The notes: generated by a model from the letters alone, not told the origin. Numbered from the stretch's first letter, positions 1 to 9,132 are shown. The stretch is DNA of 32,000 bases from Promethearchaeia archaeon (GCA_046497275.1 JAWOFX010000019.1:30001-62000), one strand, 5' to 3'. Translations and numbers: made by a program.

Positions 1-378
1 TAAATAGATTTTCATAGTCCCTCTAAATAGATTCTCTTTCCCTGCTTCAAGAATTTTGTTGGCTTCTTCATGATATATACTATTTTCATCTTTTGCATAT
101 TTCTTCACTTTATCAAATATTTTCTTAACCTCATTCGCTATTATATCGCATGGAATGTTACCATCCGATGGATAAGAGCGAGATCCCCCTTCTAAAAAAT
201 TCTTAAATAACTTTAAATCATCTTTTGGGATATTATACCAAGGATTATTAAAAAGCATTTTAGTAAAAACATAATGGGTATATCCTTCTTTATCCTCAAA
301 ATTTTTTACTGGAGCAACATCTCGCAAATTATCTCCATTTTTTTTCGAATCTGCCCTTATATCCCATATATTACTCAT
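1..378 (-). CDS. Hypothetical protein, partial (N-terminal 126 aa; runs off the window edge)
   Basis: Not in the ORF track. Manual translation from ATG at 378 gives MSNIWDIRADSKKNGDNLRDVAPVKNFEDKEGYTHYVFTKMLFNNPWYNIPK...GGSRSYPSDGNIPCDIIANE...RGTMKIYL with no stop in 126 codons. TTTATAAA at 399-406 is a candidate TATA box. Confidence 0.8.
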   Translation of the reverse strand, partial: MSNIWDIRADSKKNGDNLRDVAPVKNFEDKEGYTHYVFTKMLFNNPWYNIPKDDLKLFKNFLEGGSRSYPSDGNIPCDIIANEVKKIFDKVKKYAKDENSIYHEEANKILEAGKENLFRGTMKIYL

Positions 379-498
379 AGAAATTTAGATCCATTGTGTT
401 TATAAATTTGTTATATAAAAAATATAGCTTAAATAAAGATCGCGTTCAATAATTACATCTTTTCCAAGATTATAAAATAATATAATAAAAAAATTGTA

Positions 499-801
499 TT
501 AATTTATACCAAATATCTCTTTCGCTCTTTCTTCGTTTAATTGGTTAGTTCTTAAATTCCATAACTCTCCATAATAAAATTTCTCCTCGTTTTTCACAAC
601 TATGGGTAAACTTTCTACGCATGCTCCCATATCGCAATAAATATTCTCAAAAACCTCATTTTTCATTAGAGGGTCATTAAAATCTTTTGGGTCTTGATAG
701 TCTAAAACCTTGTAGTCTACATTTTTATCTTTTAACCAATCTAAGAGCATATCGCAAAAATAACACTTTTTTTTAACGACTATTTTAAATTCTGGGCTCA
801 T
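499..801 (-). CDS. Glutaredoxin/NrdH-like thioredoxin-fold protein
   Basis: N-terminal beta strand then CxxC (CYFC), helix LLDWLKDKNVDY, and a likely cis-Pro strand (SLPIVV); 100 aa. Confidence 0.7.
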   Translation of the reverse strand: MSPEFKIVVKKKCYFCDMLLDWLKDKNVDYKVLDYQDPKDFNDPLMKNEVFENIYCDMGACVESLPIVVKNEEKFYYGELWNLRTNQLNEERAKEIFGIN

Positions 802-984
802 AAATGAAAAATATAGAAGTAAATTATTAAATATTGTTTTTATAAAATAACAATTTTTTTTTTAATTAGGAATTAATGATAATCCGGCAAACTATTGTCG
901 TTGTTTTTCATTGAAAATCTTCCCTTCTTAATGTTTTTAGTTTGTTTGAATAATTTATTAATTTCGGATACTTTATATTAACAA

Positions 985-1665
985 ATGAATGAATTCTTTC
1001 AAATCTATACTTATGATCCGGATAATCCTAAAAAGGAAATTTTATCAAAAGTCAGACTATTAACTATAACTGAATTATTTTCAAAATATCCTATTATTGA
1101 ACAACAATTTTTTGACGATCTTGCAAGAAATATTAAACACCACATTCACTATTCCTTTCTGAAAACCTTAAAAAGAATTGTTGGACCAGATGGAGAGGAT
1201 TATAAAATTGAAAATTGGCATTTGATTTGGGCGATGGACATCCAAAATCGGTTTTTCCAACTTCTTTTCCAACGATTAAAATTAAAAAAGAAAATTCAAG
1301 GCATCTTGGTTGCTTTAGCCCCACCTGAATTGGGGAGATTATATAAAAAACACAAATTTGATGCCGTTTTAAAAACTCTTACTCTGTTAAATTCTCCCAA
1401 AAATATCAAATTCTTGAAACTTTTAGGTTCAAAAGGAAAATCACTCGCAGAAGAACAACAATTATTTAAATTAAATCAAGCTGACTTGCAAAAAGTTAAT
1501 ATTAAAAACTATTTGAAAACTATTCCTAATATAGATGGACAATGGTTCCCTCATTTTAGTCCTAAATGCCCAATATGTAATGCGACTATGAAAGAATTGG
1601 ATGAATATCAATTTGGTTTTAAAAAACTTGTATGTCCTCAATGTGGATACCACTTGAACAAATAA
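985..1665 (+). CDS. Hypothetical protein with C-terminal zinc ribbon
   Basis: 226-aa ORF ending in CPIC-x18-CPQCGY; the rest is not recognised. Confidence 0.7.
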   Translation: MNEFFQIYTYDPDNPKKEILSKVRLLTITELFSKYPIIEQQFFDDLARNIKHHIHYSFLKTLKRIVGPDGEDYKIENWHLIWAMDIQNRFFQLLFQRLKLKKKIQGILVALAPPELGRLYKKHKFDAVLKTLTLLNSPKNIKFLKLLGSKGKSLAEEQQLFKLNQADLQKVNIKNYLKTIPNIDGQWFPHFSPKCPICNATMKELDEYQFGFKKLVCPQCGYHLNK

Positions 1666-1763
1666 TTTTAAAGATTTAAAATTCTATTAATAGTGAGATT
1701 TATTTAAAATCTTAATTTTATAATGTATAATTAAAATGTAAAATCAAGAGAGATTTTCATATT

Positions 1764-3308
1764 ATGTATGTCAGTGCTTTAGATTTAGGGACAACGGGTT
1801 GCAGAACCTATGTCTTTGACCTCGCTGGAACAGTTATTGCTTGGGATTATAGTGAATGGCAAAGCTTTTATCCCAAACCCTCATGGGTTGAGCAAAACGC
1901 AGATGAATGGTGGAATTCTATTAAATCAACTATAGACTCAGCTCTGAAAAAGAGTGGTATTGATATTACTGAAATAGTAAGTGTTTCAGTAACCAATCAA
2001 AGGGAAACTATAGTTCCCGTTGATAAAGAGGGAAATCCTCTACATAATGCATTAGTATGGCAAGATAGACGTACAACTAAACAAGTAGAATTTATTAAAA
2101 AGAAAATTGGAGAAGAAAAAATATATAATACCACGGGATTAACTATCGATCCATATTTTTCTGCAACTAAAATTCTTTGGTTTAAAGACAATAAACCCGA
2201 AATTTACAGAAAAACCCACAAATTTCTTCTGGTTTCAGATTTCATTATAAATAAATTGACTGGAAAATTTATAACCGATTTCTCAAATGCATCCCGAACA
2301 ATGCTTTTTGATATTAATAATTTACGATATTCTGAAGAAATAGCTTCTGATTTGGAAATCGATTTAGATAAGATGCCCGATCCTGTGGAAAGTGGAGTAG
2401 ATATTGGTGAAATTATCAATGATGAGACTTCATTTGATGAAAAAACATTAGTAGTAACTGGTGCAGGTGACCAACAAGCGGCTGCTTTAGGTGTTGGAGT
2501 AATTGGACCTGGAGATATAAAATGTACAACCGGTACTGGAAGTTTTATTTTAGCATATTTAAGCGAACCAAAATTTGACTCTGATAAACGTGTTTTATGT
2601 AGCTGCCATGCCATTCCTGGCAGTTGGGTTCAGGAAGCAAGCGTTTTCACTACAGGTGCAGTATTAAGATGGTTTAGGGATGAAATTGGTCATGCTGAAT
2701 GCCAAGAAGCGGAAGAAGAAGGTGCTGATCCCTATGATCTCATGACATCTTTAGCCGAGAAATCCACTCCCGGTGCAAATGGCTTATTATTAATTCCTCA
2801 TTTAGTTGGAGCAGGGGCTCCTCATTGGAATCCTTATGCAAGGGGAATTCTATTTGGACTTTCCTTAGGTCACAAAAGAAGGGATTTATATAGAAGTATT
2901 CTTGAAGGCGTTGCATTTGAAGTTAAAAAAAATATTGAAGTATTCAAACAAGTTGGTATCGAACCTTCAGAATTAAAATTAACTGGTGGTGGATCCCGTT
3001 CTGATTTATGGAATCAAATTATGGCGGATGTCTTGAATGTTTCTTGTGTTCGGAATGCGATTGAAGAAGCAACATCTCTCGGAGCAGCAATTTTAGCAGC
3101 ATCTGGAGCTGGAATATTCCCAGACATTTCGGAAGCAGCTAAGAATCTTTGCAAAGTTGATCAACGATATATTCCAAAAGAAAAAAATAATAAGATTTAC
3201 GAAAAATTATATCGCTTTTCTTATGATTTATATAATACTCTAAAAGGAAGGAATATTTACAAGATTTATAATGATCTTTATGAAGAAATTGAGTTTTCCG
3301 AAGATTAG
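1764..3308 (+). CDS. FGGY-family carbohydrate kinase, glycerol kinase-like (xylulokinase-like C-terminal half)
   Basis: Motifs DLGTTGCR, TNQRET, WQDRRT, DPYFSATK, NASRTMLFDI, GDQQAA, GTGSF, EGVAF, GGGSRSDLWNQIMADV. Confidence 0.85.
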   Translation: MYVSALDLGTTGCRTYVFDLAGTVIAWDYSEWQSFYPKPSWVEQNADEWWNSIKSTIDSALKKSGIDITEIVSVSVTNQRETIVPVDKEGNPLHNALVWQDRRTTKQVEFIKKKIGEEKIYNTTGLTIDPYFSATKILWFKDNKPEIYRKTHKFLLVSDFIINKLTGKFITDFSNASRTMLFDINNLRYSEEIASDLEIDLDKMPDPVESGVDIGEIINDETSFDEKTLVVTGAGDQQAAALGVGVIGPGDIKCTTGTGSFILAYLSEPKFDSDKRVLCSCHAIPGSWVQEASVFTTGAVLRWFRDEIGHAECQEAEEEGADPYDLMTSLAEKSTPGANGLLLIPHLVGAGAPHWNPYARGILFGLSLGHKRRDLYRSILEGVAFEVKKNIEVFKQVGIEPSELKLTGGGSRSDLWNQIMADVLNVSCVRNAIEEATSLGAAILAASGAGIFPDISEAAKNLCKVDQRYIPKEKNNKIYEKLYRFSYDLYNTLKGRNIYKIYNDLYEEIEFSED

Positions 3309-3409
3309 ATTATAATTTCTATATCTTTTCTTTTCCCTTTTTTCAAGATGTTAAAATTTAATATCCTATAATCCATATTTATATTAAATAAAAAAGTGAG
3401 TATAAAACA

Positions 3410-4009
3410 ATGAACGATATAATTAGTGAGTATTCTAATAGAAAAGAAATGGTTGCTACTGGATTTTATATTGCTCTCGTGGTTGCTTGGATCGTTACTA
3501 TTGCTGGAGCAATATATACTATCGCAGATATTCTTAACCCGACTGGTAAATTAGAAGCATTTCTGGATTTCAATATAGGTTATCAAATAGCAATTATTGG
3601 GGGTTTCTTAGCAGGATTATTTTTCTTGTTAATCTTCTTTATTGGATTTTATAAGAGAGGAACTGGTACTATTCTCAAAGTCCTTTATAAAAAGAGAGAG
3701 CTAGAGGAAAAATATAAAAACAGACTGGATATAAAAATTGTCGCTGCAGGATTTCTGGTATGTATAGTAGCTATTATTGTGGGTATTAGTATTGCATTAC
3801 TCTGGGATACTTTTTCAGGGGCAGAAAATCCACTTTTCTCTATCGTAGAAATATTGGAAACTTTTTCCAATGGGTTGTTAGTACTTTTTGCTGGAATTGG
3901 GTTATTCATTGTAATAGGGATAATAGTATTTATTATTTATTTCATAAAAAACGGTTATTATCTCGTGCTAAAGATCTTCGGAATAATAGAAAAAGAAACA
4001 TCACAATAA
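3410..4009 (+). CDS. Hypothetical integral membrane protein (about 4 TM, internal two-fold repeat)
   Basis: Four hydrophobic segments; two similar halves separated by a basic loop (YKKRELEEKYKNR). Confidence 0.7.
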   Translation: MNDIISEYSNRKEMVATGFYIALVVAWIVTIAGAIYTIADILNPTGKLEAFLDFNIGYQIAIIGGFLAGLFFLLIFFIGFYKRGTGTILKVLYKKRELEEKYKNRLDIKIVAAGFLVCIVAIIVGISIALLWDTFSGAENPLFSIVEILETFSNGLLVLFAGIGLFIVIGIIVFIIYFIKNGYYLVLKIFGIIEKETSQ

Positions 4010-4157
4010 ATAATTATTTAAAACTCTTTTCTTTAAACTTTATATTATTAACCAATTTTTTCTTAGATTTTTTTAATAATTCACCTAATAAGTATTAATT
4101 TGTTAAATTAAAAAATCAGCGGGGCAATTCAATTTATATTAGACCTTCTCATTTATT

Positions 4158-4177
4158 GAGATTAAAAATTTAATCTC
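4158..4177. promoter_or_regulatory. Inverted repeat GAGATTAAA-AA-TTTAATCTC upstream of herA (possible operator)
   Basis: Perfect 9-bp arms with a 2-nt spacer, lying between a TTTATA element (about 4133-4138) and the herA start. Confidence 0.35.
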
Positions 4178-4195
4178 TTTCATTAATTGATCATA

Positions 4196-5719
4196 ATGGC
4201 ACAAAAACACATTGGGACAGTATTTAATTATAAAGATTTACCTGATGTTGGTAAATTTCCTTTTATTATTAGTAAACAAACTCAAAAAAATGTAGTTAAA
4301 AAGGGATTGTTTGTTTATACGTATTCCTCTGAAGGTTTTTTAATTGGTATTATTGATAAGATAATTTTGATAAATGAATATTTCTCTGATGCATTAACTA
4401 TTAAAGCCTATAATGAAAATAATAACCCCAATATTTTGAAAGGCCTTTTTCCAAGTGAAGATTTTGAGTTTGCGATAGCTTTAGTAAAATCTCTTGGCAT
4501 TGTAGAATTCAAAGAACAAGAATCTAAGGAAATAATAAGAATACATCGTATGACCTTTCCCGCAACTCCTGGATCCGACGTTTATCTCATAGAGGAACAG
4601 ATTTTGAACGAATTTATTGGATTTGATATAAAGGGAGGGCTACACCTCGGAAATGTGAAAATTACGAACTTTAGAGCAAATGTAAATATGAATAGACTTC
4701 TTAATAAGCATTTTGCCATACTCTCGATATCTGGTGGTGGAAAAAGTTATCTAACTTCAGTTTTAATAGAAGAATTGTTGCTGAAGGATGAAGGAAATCC
4801 AGGAATAATTTTAATTGATGTTCATGGTGAATATTTATATTTAAAAGATATTCCAGAATTAAATGGAAAGGTTAATTTACAAGATACCACATATTTTCAA
4901 ATTGCTACACCTAAGGTATCTCCATGGTCTTTTAAGAAATATCAGCAACAAATTTCTTATGTACAAGTTAGAGAATTATCGAAATTCATTCAGAAATTAA
5001 AAAAAGATGAAGAGAAGAAGGGTAAATATTCAATTAATGATATTATCCAACTCATAGATAATGATTCTGATGGTAATAAAAGCACAAAACAAGCCTTAAT
5101 AGGTTGGTTGTCCCAATTAGAGAGATTAAATTTATTCGGTCCGCAAGAGAATCCACTTATTAAGAATATTATAAAAAAAGGAGAACTCACAATCTTTTCA
5201 TTACAAAAAGAGATAAATATCAAAAAAAAACAAATCATTGTGGATTATATTTGCAATCAGCTTTTTTATTTACGCCGAATGAATAAAATTCCCCCTTTCT
5301 TAGTGATTATTGAAGAGTCTCATCAATTTTGCCCAGAAGCCGCTCATTCCAAAGCAATATCTAAAAATATTATTGAAACAATTGCAAGAGAAGGAAGAAA
5401 ATTTATGGCCTGTTTATGTTTAATCTCTCAAAGGCCAAAAAAATTAAGTACAACTGCGCTGTCTCAAATGAACTCAAAATTGATTTTAAATATTAAAAAC
5501 CCCTACGATTTAAAGCATTTAATGGATAGTTCTGAGGCAATTACGAAAGAATATGCTGATATGATATCGAGTCTTGGTGTGGGGGAAATGCTATTAATGG
5601 GAAATGCTGTTAATTATCCTGTTTTTATTGATGTCAGAAAACGAAAATACAAATCCAAAAATGAAGATGTATCTCTTTCTGAGGTTTGCTTAAATTGGGA
5701 AAAAACCCATTTAGACTAG
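4196..5719 (+). CDS. herA: HerA/FtsK-superfamily ATPase (DUF87 type) with N-terminal HAS-barrel-like region
   Basis: Walker A variant SISGGGKS, DVHGEY, Walker B IIIEESHQF, arginine-finger motif REGRKF, ISQRP. Alternative TTG start at 4187. Confidence 0.85.
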   Translation: MAQKHIGTVFNYKDLPDVGKFPFIISKQTQKNVVKKGLFVYTYSSEGFLIGIIDKIILINEYFSDALTIKAYNENNNPNILKGLFPSEDFEFAIALVKSLGIVEFKEQESKEIIRIHRMTFPATPGSDVYLIEEQILNEFIGFDIKGGLHLGNVKITNFRANVNMNRLLNKHFAILSISGGGKSYLTSVLIEELLLKDEGNPGIILIDVHGEYLYLKDIPELNGKVNLQDTTYFQIATPKVSPWSFKKYQQQISYVQVRELSKFIQKLKKDEEKKGKYSINDIIQLIDNDSDGNKSTKQALIGWLSQLERLNLFGPQENPLIKNIIKKGELTIFSLQKEINIKKKQIIVDYICNQLFYLRRMNKIPPFLVIIEESHQFCPEAAHSKAISKNIIETIAREGRKFMACLCLISQRPKKLSTTALSQMNSKLILNIKNPYDLKHLMDSSEAITKEYADMISSLGVGEMLLMGNAVNYPVFIDVRKRKYKSKNEDVSLSEVCLNWEKTHLD

Positions 5720-5983
5720 TTCCTTTATAATTTTTTTCCTTATTGCTTTGGTATTTCGATTAAGAACAATCATTTTTTTACTTTTCGAAACCCGAAATAC
5801 ACTAATCATGTTAGAGCTCTCCATTTTCATAAAAATTTCTTGTAAAATATCTGAATTAATATATGGATGTTCTTTTTTTAATAACTCTTCAATTCTTCGA
5901 TCGAGAGCTTCTCCTCTTGCCTCTACAAGAATATCCACAATAGAATTTATTACGGGTCGTTTTTGCCATCTATCTATGATCAA
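5711..5983 (-). CDS. Small winged-helix-like protein directly downstream of cdc48
   Basis: 90 aa; three helices then a beta hairpin (MKMESSNMISVFRVSKSKKMIVL). TTG start preceded by AAGGAG. 3' end overlaps the herA stop by 9 nt. Confidence 0.65.
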   Translation of the reverse strand: MIIDRWQKRPVINSIVDILVEARGEALDRRIEELLKKEHPYINSDILQEIFMKMESSNMISVFRVSKSKKMIVLNRNTKAIRKKIIKELV

Positions 5984-6079
5984 TCAACTCCTTTTATTTA
6001 AATTTTTAATAGTCATATAGAAAAAGATATTTGAATACATTATAAAAAGATGATCAGTTGTTAATTAATTTTTTCTTCT

Positions 6080-8320
6080 TTAAACGAATAAGCCTTCTCC
6101 CTTCTTTGTTTCAATTTTTCTACGTTTGAGTTTTTTACCAAATTCCTCATACCACTTGGTTATCTCAGGTGTTATTGTAGGATGGATTTCTCCATGTGAC
6201 TCCTCAAAATGTTCCAGAGATACCTTTCTGGCACGAATATTTTCTCTTAAAGCTTTCATTGCCGCTTCTCTACACCAAGTTTCGATATCTGCTCCCGAAA
6301 ATCCATCAGTCATTTTTACTAGTTTTTTTAATTCAACATTGGTTGAAAGGGGCATTAACTTCGTGAATATTTTTAAGATCTCTAATCGTGCATTTTCATC
6401 CGGTGCGGGGATAAAAAGTATTCGATCTATTCTTCCAGGGCGTATTAATGCGGTGTCCAAAATATCTGGTCTGTTAGTGGCTGCAATAACTACCACATCT
6501 TTCATAACTTCTAATCCATCCAATTCTGTTAGGAATTGAGACAGAACTTTTTCTGTTACCCCTGAATCGGTGGTATATCTGCCTCTACTTGGTGCTATGG
6601 AATCAAATTCATCAAAGAAAATAATGCATGGTGCCGCCATCTTAGCTTTTCGAAATACTTCTCTGATAGCTTTTTCACTCTCTCCCACCCATTTAGAAAG
6701 GAGTTCGGGACCTTTTACAGATATAAAATTCGCCTTACTCTCAGATGCAACAGCTCTAGCTAATAATGTCTTTCCACATCCGGGAGGGCCATATAACAAT
6801 ATTCCTTTAGGTGGATTTATTCCCATTCTTTTGAATATTTTTGGATTTGATAATGGCCAATCCACCGCTTCGATTAGTTTTTGCTTTAATTCTTCCAAAC
6901 CACCAACATCATTCCAATTTACATTAGGAATTTCAACAAAAACCTCTCTAATCCCAGATGGTAAAACTTCTTTCATCGCTTCATCAAAATCTTCTCTTGT
7001 TACTCTGATTTGTTCCAAAAGCTCTGGATCAATGATCTCCGATTCTAAATCGATCTTTGGTAAATAACGTCTTAAAGCAGACATAGCTGCTTCTCTACAC
7101 ACAGCAGATATATCAGCACCCACAAAACCATGAGTAATTTGTGAGAAATCCTTAATTAATTGCTTTTTATCGTCTAAAGGCATATTACGTGTATGAATTT
7201 GGAAAACTTCTTTCCTACCTTTTTCGTTGGGAACCTTAATTTCAATTTCCCTGTCAAATCTACCTGGTCTTCGCAAAGCGGGATCTAAACTATTAGGCCT
7301 GTTCGTTGCACCAATTACGATTACTCTCCCTCTGCTATGTAATCCATCCATCAAAGCTAAAAGTTGGGCAACAACCCTCCTCTCAACTTCTCCAGTTACT
7401 GTCTCTCTTTTCGGGGCAATAGCATCGATTTCATCTATGAATATAATTGAAGGGCTTTTCTCTTCAGCTTCGATAAAGATTTTACGTAATTTTTTCTCTG
7501 ATTCTCCATAGAATTTACTCATAACTTCTGGACCATTAATAGATATAAAATGGGCTTCGCTTTCATTCGCAACTGCCTTTGCAAGTAAGGTTTTACCACA
7601 ACCAGGAGGTCCTCGGAGTAAAACACCTTTCGGAGGATCAATCCCGAGTCTTTTAAATAATGATGGATGCCTTAATGGAAGTTCTACCATCTCTCTTACT
7701 CTCTGGATTTCTCTATCTAATCCTCCTACATCTTCATATGTGATATATATGCCACCTTTTTCTTCCTCTTCCGTGACATGTTCACTTATAGATAAATTAG
7801 TCTCATCTTGCTTTATTATACAAATTCCTTTTGGTCTCAGATTGATTACTTTAAAGGTTATTTCTCTACTAATTCCTATTGATATTAGGATTATATCATC
7901 AATTGTTACTGGGTAATTGTTAAGTTTACGCTTCACAAATGTCTCAAATCGAGGATTACTTCTTATTTTGACACTTGCGGGTGCTAAGACAATATTTTGA
8001 GCCACCGCTGCCTCAACTTTACGGATTGTAACAGTATCATCTATACTCGTTCCTGTATTTTTACGCAATCGTGAATCAATCCTAACAATTCCGAGCCCAT
8101 TATCTTGAGGATAACTGGGCCAACTAATACCAGCTGATTCATTTTTACCTTTTATTGCGATTACATCGCCCGTTTGAATCTCTAACTCTTCCATCGTCTT
8201 GGGATCAATACGAATGATATTTCTTCCTATATCTCTTTTCTTAGCTTTTTGAACTCTAAGCTGCTTTCCCGGTTCCTCCTCTTCTCTCTTTTCCCCATCG
8301 CTACTATCAGAAGCTGTCAT
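6080..8320 (-). CDS. cdc48: Cdc48/VCP/p97 AAA+ ATPase (N-D1-D2)
   Basis: Double-psi N domain; two Walker A GPPGCGKT; Walker B IFIDEID and IFFDEFD; second regions of homology [18 protein letters not shown] and [18 protein letters not shown]. Confidence 0.97.
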   Translation of the reverse strand: MTASDSSDGEKREEEEPGKQLRVQKAKKRDIGRNIIRIDPKTMEELEIQTGDVIAIKGKNESAGISWPSYPQDNGLGIVRIDSRLRKNTGTSIDDTVTIRKVEAAVAQNIVLAPASVKIRSNPRFETFVKRKLNNYPVTIDDIILISIGISREITFKVINLRPKGICIIKQDETNLSISEHVTEEEEKGGIYITYEDVGGLDREIQRVREMVELPLRHPSLFKRLGIDPPKGVLLRGPPGCGKTLLAKAVANESEAHFISINGPEVMSKFYGESEKKLRKIFIEAEEKSPSIIFIDEIDAIAPKRETVTGEVERRVVAQLLALMDGLHSRGRVIVIGATNRPNSLDPALRRPGRFDREIEIKVPNEKGRKEVFQIHTRNMPLDDKKQLIKDFSQITHGFVGADISAVCREAAMSALRRYLPKIDLESEIIDPELLEQIRVTREDFDEAMKEVLPSGIREVFVEIPNVNWNDVGGLEELKQKLIEAVDWPLSNPKIFKRMGINPPKGILLYGPPGCGKTLLARAVASESKANFISVKGPELLSKWVGESEKAIREVFRKAKMAAPCIIFFDEFDSIAPSRGRYTTDSGVTEKVLSQFLTELDGLEVMKDVVVIAATNRPDILDTALIRPGRIDRILFIPAPDENARLEILKIFTKLMPLSTNVELKKLVKMTDGFSGADIETWCREAAMKALRENIRARKVSLEHFEESHGEIHPTITPEITKWYEEFGKKLKRRKIETKKGEGLFV

Positions 8321-8334
8321 AAATAATCAGTTAT

Positions 8335-8389
8335 GAAAAATTTTTGTGTATATAATATAGAATATTATTAAAATTAGAAAAATTTTTGT
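8335..8389 (-). promoter_or_regulatory. Putative cdc48 promoter: TATA (TTATATA, 8355..8349) flanked by two 13-nt direct repeats
   Basis: GAAAAATTTTTGT at 8335-8347 and 8377-8389; TATA-like element 29-35 nt upstream of the ATG at 8320. Confidence 0.4.
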
Positions 8390-8488
8390 ATTTTTTCTAT
8401 AATAACGATTTTTATTTTTACCATCCTATTAAAACCTATAAGAAATAAATCTCAATTATTATCTTTTTTAAATCTTTAATTCATTAAA

Positions 8489-9064
8489 TTATCTCATCTT
8501 ACGATTTCCAACATATCCCCCTAAAGTAAAATAACTTAGTTTCTCATAATAAAGAGGGTTCATAAGTCCTTTTTGCTTACATAAATTCTTTAAAAAAAGA
8601 TTTTCATTAATAAATAGAGCTACGACATTTGCTGTTATAATAACGCGATTTTCAGCCTCTTCTGAAATATCTTTTATCCAGATAGTTTTGCATTCCATGT
8701 GTGCGCAACATTCCATAATACTTGGTGGTCTCACTGTTTTAGAATTAATAGGTGTTAAATCGGCATGAATAAATTCATCCATATCAGAAGGGATGGGATC
8801 TGCTGTCCTATTAACCTTTCTCAGTAAATTAATATTCGGAATATTTAATACAAATTCATTTGAAGCTTTAATATTTCTATAAGTATCTCTATTTTTCGAG
8901 GAGCCAATTGATATAACTAATGGATAATATGAAACGGGCATAACCATTCCATAAGGAGCAATATTGTAAACATTATGTTCATCTACTGTTGAGATTAAAT
9001 AAACTGGTGCCGGTATAAAGCAAAGTGCATAATCTTTGGGTTCGATTTCCTTTTTCTTTTCCAT
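8489..9064 (-). CDS. Flavin reductase-like FMN-binding split-barrel protein (DIM6/NTAB family)
   Basis: P-x-PVYLIST, NIAPYG, RDTYRNIKASNEFVLNIP, KTVRPPSIMECCAHMEC. Confidence 0.85.
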   Translation of the reverse strand: MEKKKEIEPKDYALCFIPAPVYLISTVDEHNVYNIAPYGMVMPVSYYPLVISIGSSKNRDTYRNIKASNEFVLNIPNINLLRKVNRTADPIPSDMDEFIHADLTPINSKTVRPPSIMECCAHMECKTIWIKDISEEAENRVIITANVVALFINENLFLKNLCKQKGLMNPLYYEKLSYFTLGGYVGNRKMR

Positions 9065-9132
9065 ATCTATAGCATTATTAATTATGCATATAAGCTTTAT
9101 TATAAAATCTAAAAATAGTATGATTTGGAATT

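Noticed and set aside
1664-1683. AATTTTAAA-GA-TTTAAAATT palindrome after the Zn-ribbon gene, and the TAGAG/CTCTA hairpin at 30727-30743 between convergent stops.
   Set aside because: A/T-only or very short stems, likely by chance at this base composition.
1133-5238. Short minus-strand ORFs at 1133, 1471, 1997, 2204, 3685 and 4990.
   Set aside because: Fully antisense to well-supported genes; Ser/Phe/Ile-rich composition typical of shadow frames.
5748-7511. Plus-strand ORFs 5748-6020, 6126-6539, 6570-7067 and 7227-7511.
   Set aside because: Antisense shadows of cdc48 and the wH gene, with no recognisable motifs.
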